This document shows positions 47,479 through 56,925 of a DNA stretch of 60,532 bases, piece after piece. The stretch is from Eubacteriales bacterium (lineage in GTDB: Bacteria; Bacillota; Clostridia; Peptostreptococcales; Acidaminobacteraceae). Numbering within the stretch: the stretch's first letter is position 1; the number at the start of each line of letters is the position of its first letter. The position numbers and the translations under genes are program-made. Below the pieces are notes generated by a model. The model was not told the origin of the DNA. It ran no database searches and saw only the letters and a list, made by a program, of their open reading frames with translations. The stretch is taken from the NCBI GenBank assembly GCA_030625575.1, contig DAOUQP010000001.1, positions 1 through 60,532 on the forward strand, in the 5' to 3' direction.

Positions 47479-47957
47479 AATCCCTCAATCAATTCGATTG
47501 TTATACGACGCTCTTCAATATTTATCTCTTTAATGAATTCATCTACAGCTGGAACAAGAATTTCTCTATCATTTGTTTTAACGACGTAAATATCTTGTGC
47601 AGTATGAGTCAATATATCTTTTAGAATACCGATTTTCTCTCCATTGGAATATACATCCAATCCAATTAAATCTATAATCAAATGTTCATCTTCAGCCAAA
47701 TCCTTGATATTCACACGGTCGATATATACATATTCATTACGTAGTTTCATCACATCATCAACGCTATTGATTCCTTCAAGAAGCAAAATAGGCATTTTTT
47801 TATTATATGAAACTTTTAAAATATCATATTTTTTATTTTTTATGTAAACATAGGCTATTTCTTCAAATCTCTCAGGATAATCTGTATGCGGATAAATTTT
47901 CATCTCTCCCTTAAGTCCCTTGACATTGACTACTTGCCCAATCATTATTTTCTCCAT
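47475..47957 (-). CDS. rimM: 16S rRNA processing protein RimM
   Basis: GQVVNVKGLKGEMKI PRC-barrel protein. Possible starts are 47966 (GTG), 47957 (ATG, GGAG plus 8 nt) or 47945 (ATG). The middle one is preferred. Confidence 0.88.
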   Translation of the reverse strand: MEKIMIGQVVNVKGLKGEMKIYPHTDYPERFEEIAYVYIKNKKYDILKVSYNKKMPILLLEGINSVDDVMKLRNEYVYIDRVNIKDLAEDEHLIIDLIGLDVYSNGEKIGILKDILTHTAQDIYVVKTNDREILVPAVDEFIKEINIEERRITIELIEGL

Positions 47958-47969
47958 AATTAACACTCC

Positions 47970-47998
47970 ATAAAAAGCAAACCCAATATATATTGGGT
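47970..47998 (-). terminator. Terminator/attenuator-like hairpin between the KH-protein gene and rimM
   Basis: Minus strand ACCCAATA-TA-TATTGGGT followed by TTGCTTTTTATGG. Confidence 0.45.
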
Positions 47999-48229
47999 CT
48001 ACTGAATAATTTCTACAACAACTCTTTTATTTTCTTTTGTAGCTGCGGCTTTGACAACAGTTCTTATCGCCTTGGCAATACGACCTTGTTTGCCAATAAC
48101 TTTGCCCATATCATCTGGTGCAACTCTCAATTCAATAATTACCGACTGATTTCCTTCCACTTCGTTAACTTCAACAAGTTCAGGGAAATCAACTAGTGAT
48201 TTTGCAATGAATTTAACAAGTTCTCCCAT
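47999..48229 (-). CDS. khpA: KH-domain RNA-binding protein (YlqC/KhpA family)
   Basis: 76 aa. GKVIGKQGRIAKAIR (GxxG KH loop). Conserved position between rpsP and rimM. Confidence 0.85.
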   Translation of the reverse strand: MGELVKFIAKSLVDFPELVEVNEVEGNQSVIIELRVAPDDMGKVIGKQGRIAKAIRTVVKAAATKENKRVVVEIIQ

Positions 48230-48254
48230 TTGTACACCTCCAGAGTGCTATATG

Positions 48255-48518
48255 TTACTTAGACTCTTCTAATTTTTCAAAAACACCGTTTTTCTTAAAT
48301 AAATCTCTAACAGTATCAGTTGGTTGTGCACCATTTTTTAACCATTTTATGGCACTTTCTTCGTTAATTTTAAGCTCGATTGGTTCTGAAACTGGATTAT
48401 AATATCCGATTTCCTCAATAAATCTACCATCTCTAGGAGATCTTGAATCAGCAACAACTAATCTATAGAAAGGTTTTTTCTTTGCACCCATTCTTTTTAA
48501 TCTGATTTTTACAGCCAT
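48255..48518 (-). CDS. rpsP: 30S ribosomal protein S16
   Basis: [22 protein letters not shown] at 48518 after SD AAGGAGGTG. Confidence 0.96.
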   Translation of the reverse strand: MAVKIRLKRMGAKKKPFYRLVVADSRSPRDGRFIEEIGYYNPVSEPIELKINEESAIKWLKNGAQPTDTVRDLFKKNGVFEKLEESK

Positions 48519-48574
48519 GTTTTTCACCTCCTTAAATATTTTGTATTTATATCATCACATAAAGTGTGATTGAC

Positions 48575-49906
48575 TTACATAAAAGGCATTTTAATTTTGC
48601 CGCCCTTTGACATTTGATTCATCTGCTTCATCATTTTTTTTGTCTGTTCAAATTGCTTAACTAATCTGTTGACATCTGGAACAGTAGTACCACTGCCTGA
48701 AGCAACTCTCTTTTTCCTAGACCCATTAAGAATGCCAGGATTTTTTCTTTCTTTTTTTGTCATGGATTGAATAATCGCCTCAACCTTAATCAAATCTCTA
48801 TCATCAAGATTTACATTTTTAAGTGCTTTGTTATTCATTCCAGGTATCATACCCATCAAATCGCTAATAGGTCCCATGTTTTTCATCTGTTGCATTTGCT
48901 CTAAGAAATCATCTAGATCCAATTCCTGATTTTTTATTTTCTTCTGAAGTTTTTTAGCTTTTTCCTCATCGAAATTCTCTTGAGCTTTCTCTATCAAAGT
49001 AAGAACATCACCCATTCCGAGAATTCTAGAAGCCATTCTATCAGGATAAAATTCCTCAAAATCATTCAATTTTTCTCCGACACCAATGAATTTAATAGGT
49101 TTTCCTGTAACAGCTCTAACAGATAAAGCCGCTCCACCCCTGGTATCTCCATCGAGTTTTGTTAAAATCACACCAGTCAATCCTAATTGCTGGTTAAAGC
49201 TTTCTGCCACATTCACAGCATCTTGACCAGTCATGGCATCTACAACCAATAAAATTTCATCTGGTACAATCGCTTTTTTAATCTGTACCAATTCATCCAT
49301 TAAATTTTCATCGATATGCAATCTACCTGCAGTATCGATAATAACTAAATCATTACTATTTTTATTTGCCTGGTTGATGCTAGCTTTAGCAATATCTACT
49401 GGATCAATTTGATCTCCCATTGTAAAAACGGGAATATCCAAAGATTCACCTACTACTTGAAGCTGTTTGATTGCAGCTGGTCTATAAATATCACCTGCAA
49501 CTAAAAGTGGACTTTTCCCCTGCTTCTTCAGCAAGTTTCCAAGTTTACCACCTGTTGTAGTTTTTCCAGCCCCTTGCAATCCAACCAGCATAATTACAGT
49601 CGGAGGCTTTGAAGAAATGTTGATTTTGGAATTTGTTTCACCCATCAATTTTGTCAATTCTTCATTGACGATTTTAATAACTTGTTGCCCAGGTGTCAAA
49701 CTTTCCATTACCTCGCTGCCGTTTGCTCTTTCGCTGACATCTTTAATAAATTGTTTAACTATTTTAAAGTTGACATCGGCTTCAAGTAACGCCAATTTAA
49801 CTTCTCTCATTGCTTCTTTAATATCTTTTTCACTTAATTTTCCGCGACCCGTCAATTGTTTAAAGGTGTTTTGGAGTTTATCTGATAAACTTTCAAATAC
49901 AGCCAT
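48575..49906 (-). CDS. ffh: Signal recognition particle protein Ffh
   Basis: NG domain GLQGAGKTT / DTAGR / TKLDGD and a Met-rich M domain. Confidence 0.97.
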   Translation of the reverse strand: MAVFESLSDKLQNTFKQLTGRGKLSEKDIKEAMREVKLALLEADVNFKIVKQFIKDVSERANGSEVMESLTPGQQVIKIVNEELTKLMGETNSKINISSKPPTVIMLVGLQGAGKTTTGGKLGNLLKKQGKSPLLVAGDIYRPAAIKQLQVVGESLDIPVFTMGDQIDPVDIAKASINQANKNSNDLVIIDTAGRLHIDENLMDELVQIKKAIVPDEILLVVDAMTGQDAVNVAESFNQQLGLTGVILTKLDGDTRGGAALSVRAVTGKPIKFIGVGEKLNDFEEFYPDRMASRILGMGDVLTLIEKAQENFDEEKAKKLQKKIKNQELDLDDFLEQMQQMKNMGPISDLMGMIPGMNNKALKNVNLDDRDLIKVEAIIQSMTKKERKNPGILNGSRKKRVASGSGTTVPDVNRLVKQFEQTKKMMKQMNQMSKGGKIKMPFM

Positions 49907-49919
49907 TGTCTTCCCTCCA

Positions 49920-50273
49920 TTAATCCATCAATCTATTCATCCTATTAATCATATCGATAAATATGACATCTAAGTTTTTGTCATTTAAACTATTTTGTAT
50001 TTCTTTAATCTCTTTGCCGATTTCTTTCAACTCTTTTTTATGCATTTCAAATTTATTTATCAAACTCAATTTTTCTTCATAATTTTGCAAAGTTTTTTGA
50101 CTTCTTTTAATCGAATCATAAATTGCTTGTCTGCTGATGTGTAAATTTTCGCTGATTTCTCCCAATGACAAGTCTTCGTAAATATACAGCTCAATCATTT
50201 TTTTTTGATTATCAGTTAATAATTGTCCATAAAAAGCATATAAGTTGCCTATTTCCATTTTCTTTTCAATCAT
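49920..50273 (-). CDS. ylxM: YlxM (UPF0122) putative HTH protein of the SRP operon
   Basis: 117 aa. LSLGEISENLHISRQAIYDSIKR (sigma-70 region-4-like HTH). Directly upstream of ffh. Confidence 0.85.
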   Translation of the reverse strand: MIEKKMEIGNLYAFYGQLLTDNQKKMIELYIYEDLSLGEISENLHISRQAIYDSIKRSQKTLQNYEEKLSLINKFEMHKKELKEIGKEIKEIQNSLNDKNLDVIFIDMINRMNRLMD

Positions 50274-50282
50274 TTTATCACC

Positions 50283-50339
50283 CTGTAAAGGAATTTTACT
50301 TTACAGACATATAATAAATGAATTCTCTGGACTTGTCAA
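50283..50339 (-). promoter_or_regulatory. ylxM-ffh promoter with an adjacent 8-bp stem inverted repeat
   Basis: Minus strand TTGACA (50339-50334), 17-nt spacer, TATTAT (50316-50311), with an A/T-rich tract upstream. CTGTAAAG-(8 nt)-CTTTACAG (50306-50283) spans the expected transcription start and ends just before SD GGGTGA. Confidence 0.6.
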
Positions 50340-50485
50340 TAAAAAAAATAACTTTTTTTACATCATTTATGATTCGTTTATGATAACGTCCTACTAGAAG
50401 TTAAAAAGGAACTGTGAAATCTCAAAATGCACAAATTCGCACATCGAGCTTCCTTCAGATTCTCAGTCGTCACAGGGCACACCAT

Positions 50486-50515
50486 ATAAAAAGCCATCAA
50501 TCATTGAGATTGATG
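50486..50515 (-). terminator. Rho-independent terminator after the acetate-channel gene
   Basis: Minus strand CATCAATC-TCAAT-GATTGATG followed by GCTTTTTATAT. Confidence 0.8.
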
Positions 50516-50529
50516 ACTACTTCACTTTT

Positions 50530-51156
50530 CTATGCTACTTTCTTTAATTTTTCACTACCGATCTCAAATGGCCCAGGCAACGGATATACCACTTTACCAT
50601 AAGCTGTGTTTACTACTATCGCAGAAGATAAATATATCGCAATCGCTCCAGCTGTTAAAAGCCCCCAAGCTGGAATTACAGCAAAAGATTTTGGTATTAA
50701 CCCTAAATCCATTAAAGTTATAAACGGAAGCGAAACATCAAGAGCCAAAACTATCAATGTAAGCAGACGTGTGCTCTTAAAGAAAGCAGGAGTCCATAAT
50801 ATTATGGCGATTGTAAGTACCAACCATGCCCAGCCGTCAATATGTGCATCAAAAACTATACCTTTATTGATCAAATCGAATTTCATAATCATTTCCATTC
50901 CACCAACTAACATAAAAAATGCGCTGAAAAATAAAAATGTATTTCCACCAGTATGATTTCCACCTTTTAAATCTAGCAGTGCAACAACAAATTGTACTAC
51001 AAACCCACCAAGTAGCCAGCACCCTAGTAAAGGCATCGCCTCATGTGTTACCTTACCAGTTAAAATAGCAAAGAAACAAAAGCAAGCGATTGCCAGAGCT
51101 ACTAAACCTGCCGGTGTTGGATTTGACCATTCTTTAATCTCGTTTTTTTGATTCAA
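50530..51156 (-). CDS. GPR1/FUN34/YaaH family acetate (succinate-acetate) channel protein
   Basis: 208 aa with six predicted TM segments. Family signature NPTPAGLVALAI (N-P-x-P-x-G-L). TTG start after AGGAGAGG. Confidence 0.85.
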   Translation of the reverse strand: MNQKNEIKEWSNPTPAGLVALAIACFCFFAILTGKVTHEAMPLLGCWLLGGFVVQFVVALLDLKGGNHTGGNTFLFFSAFFMLVGGMEMIMKFDLINKGIVFDAHIDGWAWLVLTIAIILWTPAFFKSTRLLTLIVLALDVSLPFITLMDLGLIPKSFAVIPAWGLLTAGAIAIYLSSAIVVNTAYGKVVYPLPGPFEIGSEKLKKVA

Positions 51157-51221
51157 ATCAATTTCCTCTCCTTCAATAATTGAAAAAAATTTCTACTCGT
51201 ATTCAATTTATACCTACTATG

Positions 51222-51250
51222 ATTATAAACGTTTTTTAATATTTTTACAA
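51222..51250 (-). promoter_or_regulatory. Own promoter of the acetate-channel gene
   Basis: Minus strand TTGTAA (51250-51245), 17-nt spacer, TATAAT (51227-51222). Confidence 0.55.
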
Positions 51251-51383
51251 CTATTTTTGAAGTGTTCAACATAATTTGTAAATTGCGTACTTAAACAACA
51301 TCTCACGCACAAGTTGATTCGCAAGTATCAAACTGGTGCCTATCTTTTGAATTTTTCATGACATTTTCTCAAATGCTTGACAC

Positions 51384-51418
51384 AAAAAAATGAAAATGCT
51401 CTAACTTAATAGAGCATT
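51384..51418 (-). terminator. Rho-independent terminator after ftsY
   Basis: Minus strand AATGCTCTA-TTAAGT-TAGAGCATT followed by TTCATTTTTTTG. The 5' arm is the last codons of ftsY. Confidence 0.85.
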
Positions 51419-52318
51419 TACAAACGTTTCACCGTCAAAATCTTCTAAATCTTCTACAGATTCGCCCAAACCCACTAATTTAACAGGGATATCAACTTCA
51501 TCCTTGATTGCCAGAATCGCTCCACCCTTAGCGGTTCCATCTAGCTTAGTCAACACAATTCCAGTAATATCTGCAACTTCTTTGAAATTCTTTGCCTGAT
51601 TAATTGCATTTTGCCCGGTTGTAGCATCCAAAACCAACAATACTTCTCTTTTAGCCTCAGGATACTCTCTTTCAACTATTTTAAAAACTTTATGAAGTTC
51701 CATTATTAAATTCTTTTTATTATGAAGTCTTCCAGCTGTATCACAAATCAAGACATCTGTTTTTCTTGATTTCGCCGCTTGTATTCCATCATATATAACA
51801 GATGCGGGATCAGAACCTTCCTGTTGTGCAATGACATCGATTTCAACACGGTTACCCCATACCTTCAATTGATCAATGGCGGCCGCTCTAAACGTGTCTC
51901 CTGCAGCCAGCAACACCGATTTTCCATTCTTCTTGAACTTATTTGCAATTTTACCGATGCTTGTTGTTTTTCCAACACCATTGACTCCTATGACTAGAAT
52001 TATTTGAGGAGTGGTTTCATAATCAACCATGCTTTCTTCTTCCAATGCAATATGATTGATAAGTACATCTTTTAAAACTTCTTTTATTCCTATGCTTTCT
52101 ATAACTTTTCTTTCTTTAAGCTCTTCTCTTAATTCTTCAATAACTTTCATAGTAGTATTCATTCCAACATCTGCAGTAATAAGTACTTCCTCGATTTCTT
52201 CCAATAATTCTTCATCTATAGTTCCGTAATTATTGATTAATTGATCAATACGCTCAGTAAAACCATGCTTGGTTTTATTCAACCCATCAGTCAATTTAGC
52301 AAATAAACTTTTAATCAT
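51401..52318 (-). CDS. ftsY: Signal recognition particle receptor FtsY
   Basis: NG domain GVNGVGKTT / DTAGR / TKLDG. 305 aa (short form without an A domain). Confidence 0.96.
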   Translation of the reverse strand: MIKSLFAKLTDGLNKTKHGFTERIDQLINNYGTIDEELLEEIEEVLITADVGMNTTMKVIEELREELKERKVIESIGIKEVLKDVLINHIALEEESMVDYETTPQIILVIGVNGVGKTTSIGKIANKFKKNGKSVLLAAGDTFRAAAIDQLKVWGNRVEIDVIAQQEGSDPASVIYDGIQAAKSRKTDVLICDTAGRLHNKKNLIMELHKVFKIVEREYPEAKREVLLVLDATTGQNAINQAKNFKEVADITGIVLTKLDGTAKGGAILAIKDEVDIPVKLVGLGESVEDLEDFDGETFVNALLS

Positions 52319-55300
52319 CTAATTCCTCCTGAAATTCATAATCTGATAATTTTAGTGATATTACATTCGATATACCGTATTCTTGCATTGAAACGCCATA
52401 TAAGGCATCGGCATATTCCATAGTTCCTTTTCTATGCGTAATTAAAATAAATTGACTTTCTGTTGAAAATTCTCTAAGAAAGTGACCAAATTTATATACA
52501 TTTGAATCATCTAAAGCAGCTTCTATTTCATCTAATATACAAAACGGTGTAGGTTTCGCCTTTAATACGGAAAACAATAGAGCTATTGCAGTCAATGCTT
52601 TTTCTCCCCCGGAAAGCAGATTGATGTTTTGCATTTTCTTTCCTGGTGGAGAAGCCATGATATTAATATCAGTTCCTAAAACATCATCCGGATTTGTCAT
52701 GACAATTTCACCATGACCGCCGCCGAACAATTCCGAAAACACTATTTTAAAAGATTCGTTAATCTCATTGAAAGTATCTCTAAAACTTTTAACAATTTTT
52801 CTCTCCATTTGTTTAATGAATTTTACAAGTTCAGATTTGGATACTGTCAAATCTTCAAGTTGTGTCGAAAGAAACTCATATCTTTCTTTAACTGCATCAT
52901 ATTCTTGAATAGAATCCAAATTCACATGTTCAATTTCTTTCATTCTTTTTCTTAATCTTTTTAGTTCGCTTTTTGAAATGAATTCATCGACATTTTCAAT
53001 AATCATCTTTGCTTCTACAATAGAAAGTTCTTTGTTTTCCCACAAATTATTTGAAATGCCGCTGATTTTCACTTCTAATTTAGCCATCACAACTTCAATT
53101 TCATGAATAAACTCTCTAGTTTCATTAGTTGAATTTTCAACTTCATTAAGTTTTTCACTTAGTTTATTAATATTATCTTCTATTTCATTTATATTAGCCT
53201 TTATATCATTTCTCTTAGAATCTAAATGATTTATGGTCTCTTGTAAATCACTCAATTGATTTCTCTTATAATCAAGCAATTCTATATCATCAATCAATTG
53301 ATCTTTTTCACTATCAAGTAGATTTTTCAAGCGTTCTAAATTTACAGTAATCTGATGAATTTTTTCATATTCTTGATTAATGATAAAAGAAATATTTTTG
53401 ATGTTTTCATTAATTTTTGCATAGTTGATTTTAAGTTGAGTGTTGCTTTCTTCCATCTGTTTCAATTGAGATTCATCAACGCCTGAAAGTGTTGCATCGT
53501 TGATGATTCCTTCGATTTTATCGATATCGACAATTAGTAATTCAATAGCATCATGCAAATATGCTCTATCGTTTTCTTCAGTTTCAATTTCTTCCTCATC
53601 ATTTTTGATTTCTTTCAAGTGCCGTTCGAAGTCTTTATTGTCATTTTCCAATTTATTGATCAAAACCTGATTATCAGTTTTAATAATTGTTTTCTTAGAA
53701 CGGTTACTAATCAATCCTTCTTTTAGTTGATTGATTTCAGAATCAATTGATATAATCTTTTTCTCTTTCGCCGCAATCTTTTCTCGAATCTCAATCAATT
53801 GATTATTATATTCTTTTATTCTTTTTTTAAGAGATTCAAGTTGTTGTTTTCTCTTGAATATATTATCCTTTTGATTACCTTTACTCCCGCCGGTTATTGG
53901 ACCGTTTGTAATAATCACATCACCGTCCAAAGTTACAATCTTGTAACGGCCGGTTAATTTTTTTGATAATTTTATTCCGTTATCGATATTATCTACTATC
54001 AGTGTCTTGCCAAGTAGATAATCAATCAAAGAATCATATTTATTGTCAAAGCTTATAATTTCTTTAGCAAAACCTAAAAAACCATCTCCAGATAATTTTA
54101 CATTGTTTTTATAAGACTTCATAAAACTAAGCGGTAAAAAAGTCGCCCTTCCCACTTTATCTCTTTTTAATAGATTAATAAGCTCTTTTGTTTGATTTTC
54201 AGTCTCTGTCACTATCTGCGTAGCACTTCTACCCAACGCCACAGCTATCGCTTCTTCGTAACCTTCAGGAATTTTAATAAGATCAGCTACGATTCCAATT
54301 ATTTTATTATTGAGATTTTGTCTTTCAATATATTGAAGTATTCTCCTAACGTTTGAATTGATACCTTCGTAATTTTTCTCCATATTCTCATATAACTCAA
54401 TCTCTGATTCAGCTCTATATCTTAATCTTTTGATTTCTTCCATTTTTGTTTTGTATTCATAAATTTCATCATCAAGTCTATCTTTTTCAATCTCTTTGAT
54501 TTTTAATATAGTTTCATTCTGCTCAATCTCATTATCGATCTCATTAATTATAGAATTGTTTTCTTTAAGAAGATTTGTACCATTTTCGATTTTCTCTTGT
54601 GATTCATTTTTATTTGTTATCGCTTCTTCATTCCTAATTTTCAACTTATCAATATATTCTAAACTAGTATTTTTTTCAGCTTTTAATATTTCAAGCTTCG
54701 AACGTTTATTTATAAGTTGATTGAATAATTCATCTTTATCAGAATTTATCAATTTATACTCTTCAACTTTTTTCTCATAACTATCTTCTAATTCAATAAT
54801 GCTTGTTTCAGTTTTTTCTCTTTCACTCTCAAGAACTGATTTTTCGTTTTCTTTAACTGAATTTCCCTCTTTAATCATATTGAGATTATCAGTTTCATTT
54901 TTTATATTTTCTTCTATTTTATTGATTTCATTTTTTTTATTTGATGTTTTCTCTTCCCTTACTTTAACATCTATTAATAACTCATCTTTATCTTTTGCTA
55001 GTATTTGATATTGCTGGTTGACCTTCTCAACATCATTTTTTTTAGTTTTTAACAACTCTTGAGAATCTTGTTGTTTATCAATATGAATTCTTTTTTCTTC
55101 AATCAGTTTATTTAGAAGTTGTTCTTTCTCTATTTTTTCATGATTGCTTTCATCAATTTTATTTTTGTAACTATCATACTCATCTAACAGATATTTTATT
55201 TCGCTTTCTTTTACCTTTTTTTCAATATCCAAAAACTCTCTTGCTTTTTCACTCTCTTCTTTAAGTGGTTCGATTCTAGAACCGACCTCATTAATAATAT

Positions 55301-55877
55301 CGTTTATTCTATTGATATTATCATCGACTTTTACAAGTCTTTTTTCAGATTCATTTTTTTTAGTATTAAATTTAACAATTCCTGCTGCTTCTTCGAAAAT
55401 AAGTCTTCTGTCAAATTTATTATCACTTAAAATATTATCAATATTTCCCTGTCCAATAATCGAATATCCGTCAGTACCAATTCCTGTATCCATAATCAAT
55501 TCTTTTACGTCTTTTAATCGACACGGAGCTTCATTGATGAAATATTCACTCTCACCAGATCGATGAAGTCTTCTTCTTACACTGATCTGCAAAAACTCAG
55601 AATCAAAAAAACCTGTACTATTATCAAAATATAAAGCTACCTCTGCAAAATTCAATGCTTTTCTATGACTTGTACCATTAAAAATTATATCTTGCATATG
55701 AGAGCCTCTGAGTACTCTCGCTTTTTGTTCACCTAAAACCCATCTTATAGCATCAGTAATATTGCTTTTACCAGAACCATTCGGTCCTACAATGCATGTA
55801 ATACCAGTAATAAAATCAATTTCTATCCGATCGGCAAAGGATTTAAAACCTTTTAATTCAATCTTAGTTAAAAACAA
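52311..55877 (-). CDS. smc: Chromosome segregation protein SMC
   Basis: 1188 aa. Walker A GPNGSGKSN, long coiled coils with a hinge, signature LSGGEK, Walker B ILDEIEAALD. Confidence 0.96.
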   Translation of the reverse strand: MFLTKIELKGFKSFADRIEIDFITGITCIVGPNGSGKSNITDAIRWVLGEQKARVLRGSHMQDIIFNGTSHRKALNFAEVALYFDNSTGFFDSEFLQISVRRRLHRSGESEYFINEAPCRLKDVKELIMDTGIGTDGYSIIGQGNIDNILSDNKFDRRLIFEEAAGIVKFNTKKNESEKRLVKVDDNINRINDIINEVGSRIEPLKEESEKAREFLDIEKKVKESEIKYLLDEYDSYKNKIDESNHEKIEKEQLLNKLIEEKRIHIDKQQDSQELLKTKKNDVEKVNQQYQILAKDKDELLIDVKVREEKTSNKKNEINKIEENIKNETDNLNMIKEGNSVKENEKSVLESEREKTETSIIELEDSYEKKVEEYKLINSDKDELFNQLINKRSKLEILKAEKNTSLEYIDKLKIRNEEAITNKNESQEKIENGTNLLKENNSIINEIDNEIEQNETILKIKEIEKDRLDDEIYEYKTKMEEIKRLRYRAESEIELYENMEKNYEGINSNVRRILQYIERQNLNNKIIGIVADLIKIPEGYEEAIAVALGRSATQIVTETENQTKELINLLKRDKVGRATFLPLSFMKSYKNNVKLSGDGFLGFAKEIISFDNKYDSLIDYLLGKTLIVDNIDNGIKLSKKLTGRYKIVTLDGDVIITNGPITGGSKGNQKDNIFKRKQQLESLKKRIKEYNNQLIEIREKIAAKEKKIISIDSEINQLKEGLISNRSKKTIIKTDNQVLINKLENDNKDFERHLKEIKNDEEEIETEENDRAYLHDAIELLIVDIDKIEGIINDATLSGVDESQLKQMEESNTQLKINYAKINENIKNISFIINQEYEKIHQITVNLERLKNLLDSEKDQLIDDIELLDYKRNQLSDLQETINHLDSKRNDIKANINEIEDNINKLSEKLNEVENSTNETREFIHEIEVVMAKLEVKISGISNNLWENKELSIVEAKMIIENVDEFISKSELKRLRKRMKEIEHVNLDSIQEYDAVKERYEFLSTQLEDLTVSKSELVKFIKQMERKIVKSFRDTFNEINESFKIVFSELFGGGHGEIVMTNPDDVLGTDINIMASPPGKKMQNINLLSGGEKALTAIALLFSVLKAKPTPFCILDEIEAALDDSNVYKFGHFLREFSTESQFILITHRKGTMEYADALYGVSMQEYGISNVISLKLSDYEFQEELDD

Positions 55878-55881
55878 TATT

Positions 55882-56925
55882 TCACCTCATATCAAAAATT
55901 GTGTAGCTGCTTTTTTCATTATCTATTATCAAGTTGAATTTATATCTTTCCACTTCATCGCTCTCAACAATTGTAAATTCAGTCGATGGAAAAACCTTAG
56001 TAAAATATCTTATGTTTTCTTTGAGATGTCCCACTAAATTCGCCCTATCTCTTCTATTTACAATCACAGTAACTTCATTGCTAACGCTATTTATTTTTTC
56101 CTCAAGGGCATTTCTAAACATTCTTGCTTCCACTAAATATTTAAACGCAGGATGAAAAGGTCCACCCACAACATCACTACCATTCAGTAATTCATTTGTT
56201 GGCTGAATCCCTACTCTTATGACATTTATATTATGCGAATAAAACAATTGAAGCAAGTCTGATGTGTATTCAATTGCGTCGTCTAAACTCAGTGCTTTAT
56301 ATTCACCACTTTTATACATTTTGCAAAGTTCAGTATGTTTAAAAACCAATGTAGGATATATTCTTACACAATCAGGTTTTAACCTGACAATTGCCTGAGC
56401 TGTTTTATAAGACAAATTATAATTGTCTCCCGGCAATCCAATCATCATCTGCAAACCTAATTCAAATTCATAATATTTTATCAAATTTGAAGCGCGAATA
56501 ACATCTCCTATAGTATGTCCTCTTTTAGATTTTATCAATACGTTTTTATCTAAAGATTGAACTCCTAATTCTATAGTAGTCACACCATATTTTTTTAAAA
56601 ATATTAGAATTTTTTCATTAATATAATCTGGACGTGTTGATATGCGAATGCCATCGATCCTTCCGTCTTTAATATATTTATTGGCAATTTCCAAATAGTC
56701 AATTTGTTGACTTAAAGGTATTCCGGTAAAAGTTCCACCAAAAAATGCAATTTCTATATTGGTCGTTGCACGATCAATGCTAGCTAAATTAGTTTCAATC
56801 AATTCGGTAATTTGATTTTTATCTAATTCATCTCTTACACCTGTTATAGTTTTTTGGTTGCAAAATACACAATCGAATGGACACCCTTTATGGGGTACAA
56901 AAATAGGTATATTTACTTTTTTCAT
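55882..56925 (-). CDS. Radical SAM protein (ELP3/MiaB/NifB-like Fe-S oxidoreductase)
   Basis: N-terminal CPFDCVFC (CxxxCxxC). 347 aa. Overlaps the rnc stop by 4 nt and lies 4 nt from the smc start. Confidence 0.8.
   Translation of the reverse strand: MKKVNIPIFVPHKGCPFDCVFCNQKTITGVRDELDKNQITELIETNLASIDRATTNIEIAFFGGTFTGIPLSQQIDYLEIANKYIKDGRIDGIRISTRPDYINEKILIFLKKYGVTTIELGVQSLDKNVLIKSKRGHTIGDVIRASNLIKYYEFELGLQMMIGLPGDNYNLSYKTAQAIVRLKPDCVRIYPTLVFKHTELCKMYKSGEYKALSLDDAIEYTSDLLQLFYSHNINVIRVGIQPTNELLNGSDVVGGPFHPAFKYLVEARMFRNALEEKINSVSNEVTVIVNRRDRANLVGHLKENIRYFTKVFPSTEFTIVESDEVERYKFNLIIDNEKSSYTIFDMR

Noticed and set aside
50400-50485. SRP-RNA-like motifs next to ffh. The minus strand reads GGTGTGCCCTGTGACGACTGAGAATCTGAAGGAAGCTCGATG..., which recalls the GGUGCCCUGU and CCGGAAGGAAGCAGC motifs of bacterial SRP RNA.
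   Set aside because: The putative helix-8 region does not reproduce the conserved GNAR tetraloop or the AGCA loop geometry. Only a short GAG/CUC plus UC/GA hairpin can be drawn, and there is no long closing helix or Alu-domain partner. At about 85 nt it is too short. It more likely belongs to the 3' UTR or spacer of the inserted cassette. A cmsearch with the SRP models would settle it.
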